Assembly (NCBI GenBank): GCA_003427395.1
Contig: BFEA01000002.1
Location: forward strand, 3,967,010 to 4,031,009
Length of the DNA: 64,000 nt
Source: Chara braunii
Lineage: Eukaryota; Plantae; Charophyceae
Direction of reading: 5' to 3'
The translations under genes were made by a program, and so were the position numbers. This document shows, in pieces, positions 11,852-23,800 of the stretch (position 1 is the stretch's first letter; each line of letters opens with the position of its first letter). The notes below the pieces were generated by a model. That model searched no databases, was not told the origin of the DNA, and worked only from the letters and a program-made list of their open reading frames with translations.

Positions 11852-14800
11852 GTAAGCAAATTCAAGAAAGTGAACACGATCATAGGGACTGGGGACTGCT
11901 AAGAGGATGAATGTCTTCACGTTTCGTATGTTATCGTTTCGCTCTTCTCAGTCCTTCTTTGGTATTTTTTCCCCTTTCTCTGCAACCCTTCTGCACCCTG
12001 AAGGCGTCTCCTCTGGGAAGAGAAATTCCCGCCTCTTTCCGTGTACTCCATTCCGTACTTCTGTACCCTAAAGGCCTCCTCATCTTTCCGGGCTTGAACC
12101 CTCGCTCGTCCCTCCGCTATTTTGTTTCTCGCCCCGTTTGTGTTCTTCTGCCTCTTGCGTGTTTTCTCCTCTCTCCTTTCCTCTTTTCCTTGGCGGTACA
12201 TACCATTCCCTTTTCTCTCCCCCTCGCTTTCTCTGTCGTTTCTCGGAATTTTCGCGACTGTTTCATTTTCTGTAATTTATTGAGCCCTAACTTAAGGTTG
12301 TTGTCCTGTTTCCCTTGCCTACCTCCCTGCGGTCGCTTTCCAACCTCCCTCGCTCCTTCATCGTTATTTGCTAAGCCTTCCATCCTTGTCCTCTAGCGTA
12401 TCACGTCTGTGTTGTCAACGAATTCCTTCACCCTTTGTTCATCCCTGTCTCCACGTTTTTTTTCAGCTCGCGGTCGTGAGCGTTTTTAGCCAATTCTTTC
12501 GCTTTTCTTGGCCTGTCCAATTCCGTTCTCCCTTGTCCCCTTTCTGCATCTTTGACTCTCCGTTTCTTTCTCCTCCACTCTCCTCTTCCTCCCACCGCCC
12601 TTTCGGTTTATCTTCCTCATTATCCCCGTCCCCCTGTTTGTTCCTTCGTTAGTAATAAAGGACCGTTCCTTGTTTACATGTATAATCTTTGACTCCCCGT
12701 TTCTTCCTCCACACTCCTTCCTGGCGCCCTTTTGGTTTATCTTCCTCATTATCTCCGCACGCCCTTTTGGTTTATCTTCCTCATTATCTCCGTCCCCCTG
12801 TTTGTTCCTTCGATTCAGTAATGGAGGAGCGTTCCCTTTTGACCACGTGTATAATGAAGAAGCGTTCCCGGTTTGTCGTGAATTCGATTGTGTCGTTTTA
12901 AGGGCGATTCTGAACGTTTATCGTCTCTAAGAAGGTTCTGTCTGTCTCGTATTCTGTGGGTGCGGTCTCTCACGCGGGGTGTTCGTTTTGGCTTTTTCGT
13001 TTCGCCTTTGTTCTCTCTTCACATCAGGTATTTGTTATAATCATTTTCGATTACAACTTGCACTCTTGTGTGTGCCTTTTCCCGATGTTCGTTTTACCGG
13101 CCAATTCATGATACTCTGCATGTCCCCGGGGTATGTCATGCCCTCTCTCTCTCCACGTGTTTCGTCAGTCTACGTGGCAACGCAGCAGTCAGTTCCGCCA
13201 GTTGCACTACCCCTCTGCTGTGAGATCTATCTATGATTCTGTGCGTTGTTCTTGGTGCTTTACTCCGGTCGTCGCCGTTTACTTTTGCATCTAATGAGGG
13301 CGCCGTCTAGGCATTCTGTCAACGCGTCCTCATGCCGTCATTCATGTCGCTGTGCTCTGCTTTCTTTTGTCTTTATGTGCTCTGAATGACTGCTTTCTTT
13401 CTTACAGCCTCTCCTTTCCTCTTCCTCTCTACCTCTCTACTGGTTGGGCTGCTCTCCCTTTCATTTGTCTAAACCTTGTCCAGGTCTTCCACTCCCTGAG
13501 AGGTCCTGTTTCCTGCATCGTGTCTGACTGAAGATCCTGTGCCGTATTTCGTTTCTCTGTTGTGTTAGAAATGTCACTCGCCGTTGTAATCGTAGGGTTG
13601 TTCATCTTCCTCTACATTCGCTGTCTGCTTATTTTTCCATTATGTCTCGTGTTTTGAAATGTCTTTCACCGTTGTAATCGTGAGGTTGTTTATCTTCCTC
13701 TACCTCCGCTGTCTGCTTCGTTTCCCAGTTCCCTTCTTTCGCTGCCGATGCCGTTGTCCTTTGTACGTACGAGGTTCCGTCAAATGTCTCCTCAACGGCC
13801 AACCACCCCCCTTCTGCCCTCAAATCTACCGAGAGCTTGGCTTGCCGCTTCCAGTCGCTTTTCTCCGCATCTTGATGACCTGGCGTTCTATTCGCGGGGG
13901 AAGACGACCACCCCCCTTCTTCCCTCAAATCTACCGAGAGCTTGGCTTGCCGCTTCCAGTCGCTTTTCTCCGCATCTTTATGACCTGGCGTTCTATTCGC
14001 GGGGGAAGACGACCACCCCCCTTCTGCCCTCAAATCTACCGAGAGCTTGGCTTGCCCCTTCCAGTCGCTTTTCTCCGTATCTTTATGACCTGGCGTTCTA
14101 TTCGCGGGGGAAGACGGCGGTGTAAATGATAGAGGGCGCGCCGTCTGATTTCGGGAAGTGCCGGCCGAAGATTGGAAATCTGGTAAGAGAACGGAATGTT
14201 TATGTTAAGTATTGGAACCTTGCGCACTCGAGATCTTACACTTTCTGTCGCGTTTTATAGAGCTCTGTGTACCTTTGCCGTTTGAAAGAGCTCTCTATAT
14301 AACCTTCCATTTTTATCATCCGTTTTTATAATCCGTTTTTATCATCCGTTTTTATCAATGTTGTGTCATATAAGCCGTCATCAAATGCGAGATTGAGGTG
14401 GGGTGAGTCAATCATCGCTGATTGCTCGCGGAGGTGAAAGTTGCCTTAGTTCTGCTCTAGGGTTTGTTACATTACGTGACTTTTTGATTTTTGATGCGAG
14501 GCTGCAAGTTCCAAAAAACTCACTGGGACGCGTCAGCTGCCGTACCTCTTGACTTACTGCTGATCTGACATCGCTTATATAATTTTAAGATGCAGGATGA
14601 GCTTTGGAATGCTACTCTTATGATGATTACGTACGACTTTTTGTTCTGCAGCTCTCCTTCCTCCCCCTCCCAAATTTCCTGTTCCTTTTTTGACCCCTTG
14701 ACACGATGGCAGTTAACCCTATCATCAGTTTTTATTTTCTTACAGAAGCTCCCTTCCGGTTCTCTCGCTACTTTGCTCTCCAAGTTCACCGTGCTCAGTA

Positions 14801-17800
14801 AGCCGATCCTTAGCAGTCCCTCCCGTCGGCACTCTCGTACCCCGGTGCTGATTCTTTGTCTTGTATGTCATCCATCCTCTGCATTCTAGCGCTCGCACTT
14901 ATACGTTTCTCTCTTCCTTTGCGCGGCACTTTCGTGCCTTTTTCTAATTCGTGTTCTCTCTCCTGCTCTTTCCTTCGTCCAGTTATCGTTCACATTTCTG
15001 TTTCTCCCTTACGATTGTGCGTTGTTTCATCCTCATTTCTCCCCCTCTTTCCTTCGTCCAGTTATCGTTCACATTTCTGTTTCTCCCTTCCGATTGTGCG
15101 CGTTTCATCCCCATTTCTCTCTTATTGTGTTCGTCTTCCTCGACTCCCTGCTTCCTCTTTCTTCTTAGCAGCCCATGTGTTCTCGCTGCGTGCTCTACCG
15201 AGAATCGTATTGTCTTTGTCGCATGTATCAACTCTCTTTCTCTGCCTCGTCTCTTTGTTGTCGTACGAGTACCGCTCTGTCACGCTGTGCAGTCCATCTG
15301 CTTCGTTGGTTCTGACCTGTATTTCCCAATCCCGTTAGTACACTGCTGTGCGTGTTTCCGTACCTTTGCCGAGTTGCGTGTAACCATTGTCCCATGCTCC
15401 TCACCTGCGTTTTGCCTGTATTTCAGACTCAGATCGGCGCGCTCTGGCATCTTCCGTGTCTTATCGATTAGGACTACGAGTCCTGACCCTCACCCATTTC
15501 AACGACGTCTATCGATATCTTCTTCCTCCACTCTGGAGCTTTTAATCCATCATCTCTTGATATCTTCTTTCTCCACTCTGGAGGTTTAATTCCATCTCTT
15601 GATATTTTTTCGCTACTACCCCGAGCATACAATCCTGATTGCGACTGTATCAAACCGGAAAGATAGCGTGTGTGCATTCATGATTGGGGGAGTTGTGTCT
15701 GGGGAAAACGGTGGAAAGATAGCGTGTGTGCATTCATGATTGGGGGGGGTTTGTCTGGGGAAAACGGTGGTTATCTGAGGGAAGGCCTCTTACAAATTAC
15801 TTCCTCTTAACGCGTCTTTCTACCGTGAGTTTGGTCTTCCAAGCTGTGTTTGGAAATTCTTTTGCTTAGCTTCATATGCCCTATAGGCAGTCGATTTCGG
15901 AACGTCTAGCCATGTTTGCTGTGGATTCTATAAAGCCGTAGAACGAGTTTTCATGTTTGGGGTTTTGGTCTTTCAAGCTTTGTATGGAAATTCTTTCTCG
16001 CAGCTTCTTATGCCCCCAATTCACAGTTTTATTCAGTCTTATTTCGGAAGAATCGCACTGCTAGATTCCACATGTGTAATTTCACCTCTCGTATGGCATT
16101 CCAAGTTTGGAAGGTAGTAAAAGGAACTGCCTTGTCGAAACTGAGGTCTTCGAACAGTGTCCTCGTCTCCAGCGCACTTCACTAGTTGTCATGATACTTG
16201 GGTGTGCGGTTTTTCGTTTTGGCGTCATTGAGGTCGGATGGACGAAGCAGTAGGTGTTGTGGGGATGTTCCTTGAAAAGCGGCTCCGAGCAGTCGAAGCA
16301 AGGAGGCAGCTCTGTTTCTTGTGGGGTTTTCATGTAAATCAGTGTTCTCTTTTACCCATTATTCCTCTTTAGTCATTCTGCGTTCTAACGGTAAATGCAG
16401 TCGGGGAATTGATGTACGTTAATATAGTCTAGGGTAATGGAGCGGTTTACTTTAATGAACATCAGCTCCTCGTGCAGTAAAGGCAGTCGAAGCGAAGTGT
16501 TGTTTGCGTGGGCATCGGTGGCCGCGGCATGGGAGGAAGTCTGATAGCAAGGCAACGGATACCGAGAGAAAAGAAGTGTCAGCGTTTTCTTGGATTTATC
16601 CGAGGGAAGGATGGAGGCTGCGGAGGTGGCCAATGGAGGCTGCAGAAACTGAGGGAAAGATGGACGAAGAGGGAGGCGACGTGTAAGGAGGGCAGCTATG
16701 AAGGTGGCAGCAAGTAATCGGAGGATCGAAGAGGAGGGGAGGTGTAATGGTGATGAGAGGTGGAGGGATCCAATGAGGCTGATGAGTTGTAAGTAGGGGA
16801 GGGGCGAAGACGGCAACAACCAAGGGTCGGATAATGGTGATGAGAGGTGGAGGGAGCCGATGAGGCTGATGAGTTGTAAGTAGGGGAGGGGCGAAGACGG
16901 CAACAACTAAGGGTCGGATAGCCGAGGAGGAAGTGGGAGTGTAAGGGGTGCAAGGGGAGCTGTAAGGGTGATGATAGCCATCTGCTGACCAGCCTGTTAC
17001 GAGTGTCGTCTTTTGTGCAAGGGGTGCAAGAGTAGCTGTAAGGATGGTGATGGCCATCTGCTGACCAGCCTGTTATGAGTGTCCGTCTTTTGTGAGACGA
17101 GCACTAGGCTTTTAGGCCGACCTTACGCTTTGACAAAAGAGTTCTCGTCTTTCGTAGATAACGGCGTCTTCGCCGTGTGCTAGATGGAATTGACCAATGT
17201 CTGTCTGTGATATTTGTGTTGTGTCGTATACAACCTGGGCAGCTCATATGATGAAAACGGTAGAAGTGCACCAATGTGGAAATCTGTTAACGAGTAGATA
17301 GAGTGACTGATTGCATTTTCGTTGGATGAAGCGAAGAATAAGCGATCGATAAGTGGTGGTTTCAGCAGTGAATGACTAAGTCATGAGGTGATGGACTGAT
17401 TACACGGCTGATTGAAGTCCTGATCGGCTCAGAGGACCGCTACTGTCCCTTCCCCGGGAGAACGCATGATCGTTGTCGTTGTATCTGCACCGACAATTGT
17501 CCCAAGTACGGCTATAATGACCATGCATTCTATTCGGAGGAAGATGGTAACCAGAGGATTGAATGACCGATTCCGTGAAAAGATGGTTGGAACTTGACAA
17601 GATGTGAGAATTACAGTCTTCCCCCGAATACAACGTACGGTCATTATAGCTGAATTTGGGGTATCTTTCAGTCTAAATACAACTATAATGACCGTACGTT
17701 GTATTTAGTGGAAGAAGCTAGCTCAGTTTTTGACGTCACGAAAGGTTGGCGGGAGGGGTTACGTAAACTTTAATGGATGGAATTTATCGGTACTCATTGG

Positions 17801-20800
17801 AAATCTGAGGTTGTCGTTTTGTGCGATTGATTGGTCGTCGCACGGGCGGCGATCGGTTTGTTGTTAGGAGCTTCCCCGTGTTGTGCTTGTGGTTTAAACA
17901 AAAAATTGTCAGGACTTGCCCGTGTTGTGCTTATTATGTGGTTTGAGCAAAACTTGTTAGGAGCTTGGCCGTGTTGTGCTTATTATGTGGTTTCATCAAC
18001 ATTTAATGTGCGTTGTGACGTTCTGCACGATGACAGAACCGAAGTTGGAAAAACCTGGAATCCAAGCGGCAAATGCTCAAGGACAAGTTGGTGATGTACT
18101 GGCGGCCTTTCAGCAACAAAATCAGCAGACGCAGCAGCAGTCCCAATCTCAGTCACAGCAACAGCCTCAAGCTCCTCTCTCACAGATCGTCCTTCCACCC
18201 TTCTTTGCTCAAGCTCTGTCTACACAAGTTAAGAGAATCGAAGTGCCAAATGTGAAGGTGCGTTTGCTTGTTCCATCTGAGTACCGTATGCTTTCTTTGT
18301 TTATGTCATTGAAACTTCACTGTGTGATCGCATAGATTAAGATCGGTTTTGCTTTTGTAGCAACTTCCACAGTACTTACAGTCGCAATGTCTCACTGTGA
18401 TTCCTTCGCTGATCCGGAAGGCTCTTTGCAAGGATACAACAATCTCCCATCAAGGCATGAAAGAGCATACCGTCTTCTCCCGAATAGAACGTACGGTCCT
18501 TCCGAGCTGTATGTTGGGCAATTTTTAGTCTATAGACACGGGTAAATGACCGCACGCACGCTCTAGTCGGGGAGAGAAGATAGTGTGAATGCGTGCGGGC
18601 TTATCTATTCCTCTGCTTGCGACCAATTGTGTTTTGGGTTCTCTTTTGTTCATGCACGTTCTTTCTCTAGTTTTCTTTTATTTTCTTGCGTGCGGGGTTA
18701 TTTATTCCTCTTTTGCGTTTCACTTCCCCCCCCCTCCTCTTGTTTGCTCTTATTTTCCTTCTCTCAGGTTTATTCGTACTTGTCGCACTTTCTGCACTCT
18801 CCGTTTCTGTTTTGCCTTGTTTGCGGCAGCGACTTGTTGTTGTTCTCCATCCCGTGTCGGCCATTTTCTCGCCTACTTTGGATCGCTTGTGCCTCTTCAT
18901 CCTCCGTGCTTCACCCCCCCGCCCCCCGCTTCTCTTGTTTGTTCTTATTTTCCGTCTCTCAGGTTTATTCTTACTTGTCGCAATTTCTGCACTCTCCGTT
19001 TCTGTTTTGCCTTGCCTGCGGCAGCGAGTTGTTGTTGTTCTCCATCCCGTGTCGGCCATTTCCTCGCCTACTTTGGATCGCTTGTACCTCTTCATCCTCC
19101 GTGCTTCCTCATGTACCGTCTTCCTCCGAATAGAGCGTGCGGTCATGATCCCTGTACCGAGACTGAAAGTTGTCCCAAATACGGGCATAATGACCGAATT
19201 TTCGATCCGGGGAAGAAGGGAGTCGGACGTCCGTATGCCGCCCCCGGACTCTTGTTTGTGGAATGTGACTCTCCCCCAACAATGCTTCCTTTCCACTTTC
19301 CCTGATTGCCTTGGGATCTTCGTTGCCTTCAGTTCTTTTGGCTGCCTGAGCGGTCGCGTTCATCGCCCTCCCGTTCTTTCTTAACCTCCACCCCATGGTC
19401 ATGTATTTCTCCACTTTGTACGGTTTCATCGTCTTTGTGATGTTATGGCAACCTTGTGCCTTTCCTATTTCAGCTACTCATGACCAGCTCTACGTTTCGT
19501 TCTCTCTCCTTTCTGGGTCGGTGCAGGTTGGTCTGGTGATCGGAAAAGGCGGTGAGACAATCAAATACCTTCAGACACAGTCTGGAGCGCGGATCCAAGT
19601 AACAAGGGATGCTGATGCAGATCCGAGGTCCAATGTACGGTCGATTGAACTGACGGGTACATTGGAATCTATCAATAGAGCAGAGCAGCTGATCAATGAT
19701 GTCATTCGTGAGGTGAGCAGTGCGTGAAGACCAGTGTCCTGATTATGAATGTATACAAGCTATACTGCCGGTCATAGTCGTTCATGGTGAGGGCGGATTC
19801 AGGCCGATCAGAGTCAGTCATGGTCACCGTGGACTCGGTCCGTGGGAAAAGGAGGTGGTTATTGCCTATATGACGAAGCCCGCTGTTTTCCCTTGTGGCT
19901 ACTTGGCAACGCTGGAGGGTAGGACGTTGCAGGTGAAATGTGTTGGCTTCGCTGGCTCTCTGCATTCCCTCTAGAACCCTGTCTTAGCTCTCTTTACCCT
20001 TCCTCTCAAAATGCTTTCCTCTTCTCCTCTACGCTTCGCCCTCCCACCCAGCCTGTGTAAACCTTAGCTGTCCGATATCCTTCGATTTGGAGGCGCTGTC
20101 CTTTCTACCCCACCCTACCCTAATGTACTGGAAACTTCCGACCGTTAGGGACATTGATGACCGGCAGCTCGAATGGCCTGAGCTTATTCAGGACATTCTG
20201 ACGCTAGGACTTTTTTAGACGTATCTGAATGTAATTACTGCCGACTATGGATGATTACCCTTCAGTTTTGCACCCGTTAACCAGGGAACTGAAAGTGGGG
20301 GTCCCCGTTAAACACTCGTGTAATTGTGTGCAGAGCTGAGTCCAGAAAAGCCCCAGTGTGAGTATGTCCCCATCGGAAGTGTATGTCCCCGTCGGAGGAG
20401 CAAGGTCATTGCAAACGTTCTCCAGACCAGTGATGTTTCTCGCGCGTCTTGTTTTGGTAGCAACAGTTTCAGAGATAACGTGGACATCTGAAGTCGTGCA
20501 AGGCATGCGAAGGCTGCTCAACGACAAGCAGCACAACGCCCTACCTCCCCTTAATTTTGTAAAACCGCAAGGGATCATGCACATTATTCTGTGGGAAAGA
20601 AGCTGGCGCGCCGTTGTGCGCAGCCTGTTTGGGTCCCTTTTGGTGTTTCCATCTTGCCTGGACTCTTAGGATTTGCTTACTGACTTAATTTGCTTCTTCA
20701 TGACAGCAGGCAGCCTCCGGAGGATCTGCGGTGGCGGTTGCTAAAGGATTGGCGGGAGTGACTGCAGGGGAGTCTGTTCAGATCAGGGTTCCAAATCGGA

Positions 20801-23800
20801 AGGTTGGTATTGCTCTTTTCCCTTTTCCGTGGGAATAAACAGGCATCGGTTTCTCTTGACACGAATTGCCGACTGCTGTATGTAACTAGCTGTGTCCACG
20901 TTTTTTCACTCTCTCTCACCGGGTCTTTTTTTCTTTCTTTCACTTTTTCCTGATGCAATACACTGACCTCCTCCCTCGCATCTTCAATGTTCCCATCATG
21001 AGCCTAACGCAGTTTTGTACTACAGCTAGATTTTGTGGGTGCTTGTGATGGCCACGAGCTCAACGCGCACTTGTGTGGAAGAGGAGGCAGGTTTCATGGC
21101 TGCCTCGATGTGGACATGAGGAACAAATCTTGTTGGGAGGTAGATAAGGAAACGCAAGGGCAGTCCGAACAATTTAGTGTTGTATGGACTAAAGATTGTA
21201 TCATGCTGTCAAAATTGTCTTTTGCTTGTGTGATGCACGAAAGACATGGTCGTATGACGGTTTGCTGATAGGTACTGTCCTTGGTGCGGCATGCCTTGTT
21301 GGATGCATTTGCTTATGCAGGTTGGGCTTATTATTGGGAGATTGGGGGAAACAATCAAGAACTTGCAGAATCGCTCTGGAGCTCGTATTCAGGTAGGTCA
21401 CATCTTCTTACCTCGAACGTGTTGGGCTGGTCTTATGCAATGATGCCTGAATGCGGTTTATGGTCCGTGAGTGCCAACTGAATGAGCATCACGCTCTGCT
21501 GCAATGGTGACTGCCATGCGAACTGAATGAGCAATTGACAATTTCCGATGTCTTTTGCGGGAATGGGTTCCACTGCCCCCATGCGGTTGGCGATCACTGG
21601 TTGCAGTTGTTGCTGTCAAGTCAGCTCCGTGAATGGATGGACACGGGATCCCTGTGGCTTTCTCTGATAATTTTTGCAAATTATGAAGGCGATGGTGTTT
21701 GTCTCTCAGGTCAGGAAACAGCACACAAGTTCTTAAAACGACAGGCCAGAGGTGGTTGAATGTGTACTGTCGTCGAAGGAAGGGTTCTTTGATTGCCTTC
21801 ACATGTTCCATCACGATTTTAATGCTAATGAATGGGTGCAATGCAGAGCCATCCTTGTTTGGTCACCTATTGTAATGGACAGTTGATGCATTCCATGGCT
21901 CAGCACTTAAAATTTCTTTCCTGATGTTTCATTGCGTTGAGTTAAAAACGTGTTGCTCGTGTGATAGGTGGGGAATGAATGGAAACGACAGTGCTCAAAA
22001 TTGCGTAATTGCCTTTGCCACTACGGATTACCCAGCTCTGGCATCGTTGAGTGCATGCCCGGTAGTAGGCGTGAGACCTGTGGTATGGTGTAGTACGTCC
22101 ATCGTTGAATGAATGGGTGCAATGCAGAGCCATCCGTCCTTGTTTGGTCACCTATTGTAATGGACAGTTGATGCATTCCATGGCTCAGCACTTAAAATTT
22201 CTTTCCTGATGTCTCATTGCGTTGAGTTAAAAACGTGTTGCTCGTGTGATAGGTGGGGAATGAATGGAAACGACAGTGCTCAAAATTTCGTAATTGCCTT
22301 TGCCACTACGGATTACCCAGCTCTGGCATCGTTGAGTGCATGCCCGGTAGTAGGCGTGAGACCTGTGGTATGGTGTTGTACGTCCAGTTCAAGGAATGCA
22401 TCTCCAGCAGGCGTGAAAAGGTGTTGCTTGTGTGATAGGTCCGAATGAATCGGAGTGACAGTGCTCGAAATGCACAACTGCCTTCGCCACTATGGATTAT
22501 GCAGCTTTGGCATCGTGGAATGCATGCCCAGTAGGTGTGATACCTGTTGTATGATGTCGTATGTTCGGCTCATGGAATGCGTCTTCAGCAGGCATCAAAC
22601 TTGTCATGTCATGTATATAGAGGCTTATGTAGCGTGGTCTATCTGTCTGCAGATTCAAAGTGATCGGGAAACAGAACCTGGTGCAACAGAGAGAATAGTT
22701 ACGCTGTTTGGAAACAAGGCGCAGACGGACCTTGCAGAGGAGCTGATGAAAGAGGTCATAAGTGAGGTATGCAGGGTGTATATGATTTGTGTGCTGCTTT
22801 CTGTGTTCACCAGTTTTCTGGTGGAGACTTTGAGCAGGTTTGTGTATGCACGTCTTGTATTAGGGGGTTTACGCAAATCCTTGATGCTGTCTGTTGTTGG
22901 ACAAACTGTGGATTTCCCCGGGTTCCACATTGATGCGACAATAAAAACAACAAGAAAACTAAATGCACAAGGAAGGGTGTTGTTTGGTAAACTGTGGTCA
23001 CAATCCGCTTTGGCCCGAATGTGCTGTTGGTGTTTAAGCGGAAAATCATTTTGCCAAACATCAGTATGGGAATGCAGAAGGAAGGATGTGTTTTCTGTTG
23101 TCAGATGATCAGTGTTGAGGATGGGATACAGCTCCTCGTGAGATGTTGGTTTCTTTGGGTTGGTCCCCGTTTGCACGTATCTGTCTTCTGAATGCCGTTG
23201 ATTGATGCTTTCTTCTGCTGTTTGTCTACTTGCCGTGATTGTTTCTCGTCTGCTGCTGCTGCTGCTCGGTTTCGACTATTTTCCATGTTGACACCTAGCG
23301 TTGATCGGTGTAGCAAGATTGTGACCATGGTATCTGTGTAGTGCTTGGGGGTTATCCCGTTGAGTTACTGCATTGACCAGGCAGGCACTCGTTAGAATTT
23401 CACTTTTCACTTTTTCAAACTTGTGTTGCTTTCGTTTGTTGAAGGAGACGGATTGGCGAGAGCACAGGTAGGAAAATGATGGATGGGCATAGAATCACCT
23501 GGGAGTTGTATGTGCTCTGTGAGCTGCATGACTTTATTATGCTCCGTGTTCGGCTGTTGGCTACGATTTGGTACACAGGGCAGGATAGGCTGGTTAGGAG
23601 AAGCTTTGAATGGATGCATTTGGTGTTCGCCTCAGAAAATGCGCGTTGCAATATTGTGTAATTGAACTGCATGTCGGGACTGCTGTACATAGCAACTCCT
23701 CCTTCCTCAATTGCGTGTAAGGAACTCGGAGCTGACTAGCGTGTTGTACTGCAAATCGGATGACTCCTCTTCCTCTCAACTGTCCTCTGGTCGCCCTTGC

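Noticed and set aside
16082-16333. Antisense intronic ORF with CxxC
   Set aside because: Short, no recognisable domain, and no supporting splice or expression signal.
18585-19384. Three-frame ORFs of 180-240 aa
   Set aside because: They arise from a pyrimidine-rich intronic tandem duplication lacking stop codons. The same applies to the ORFs at 11911-15589.
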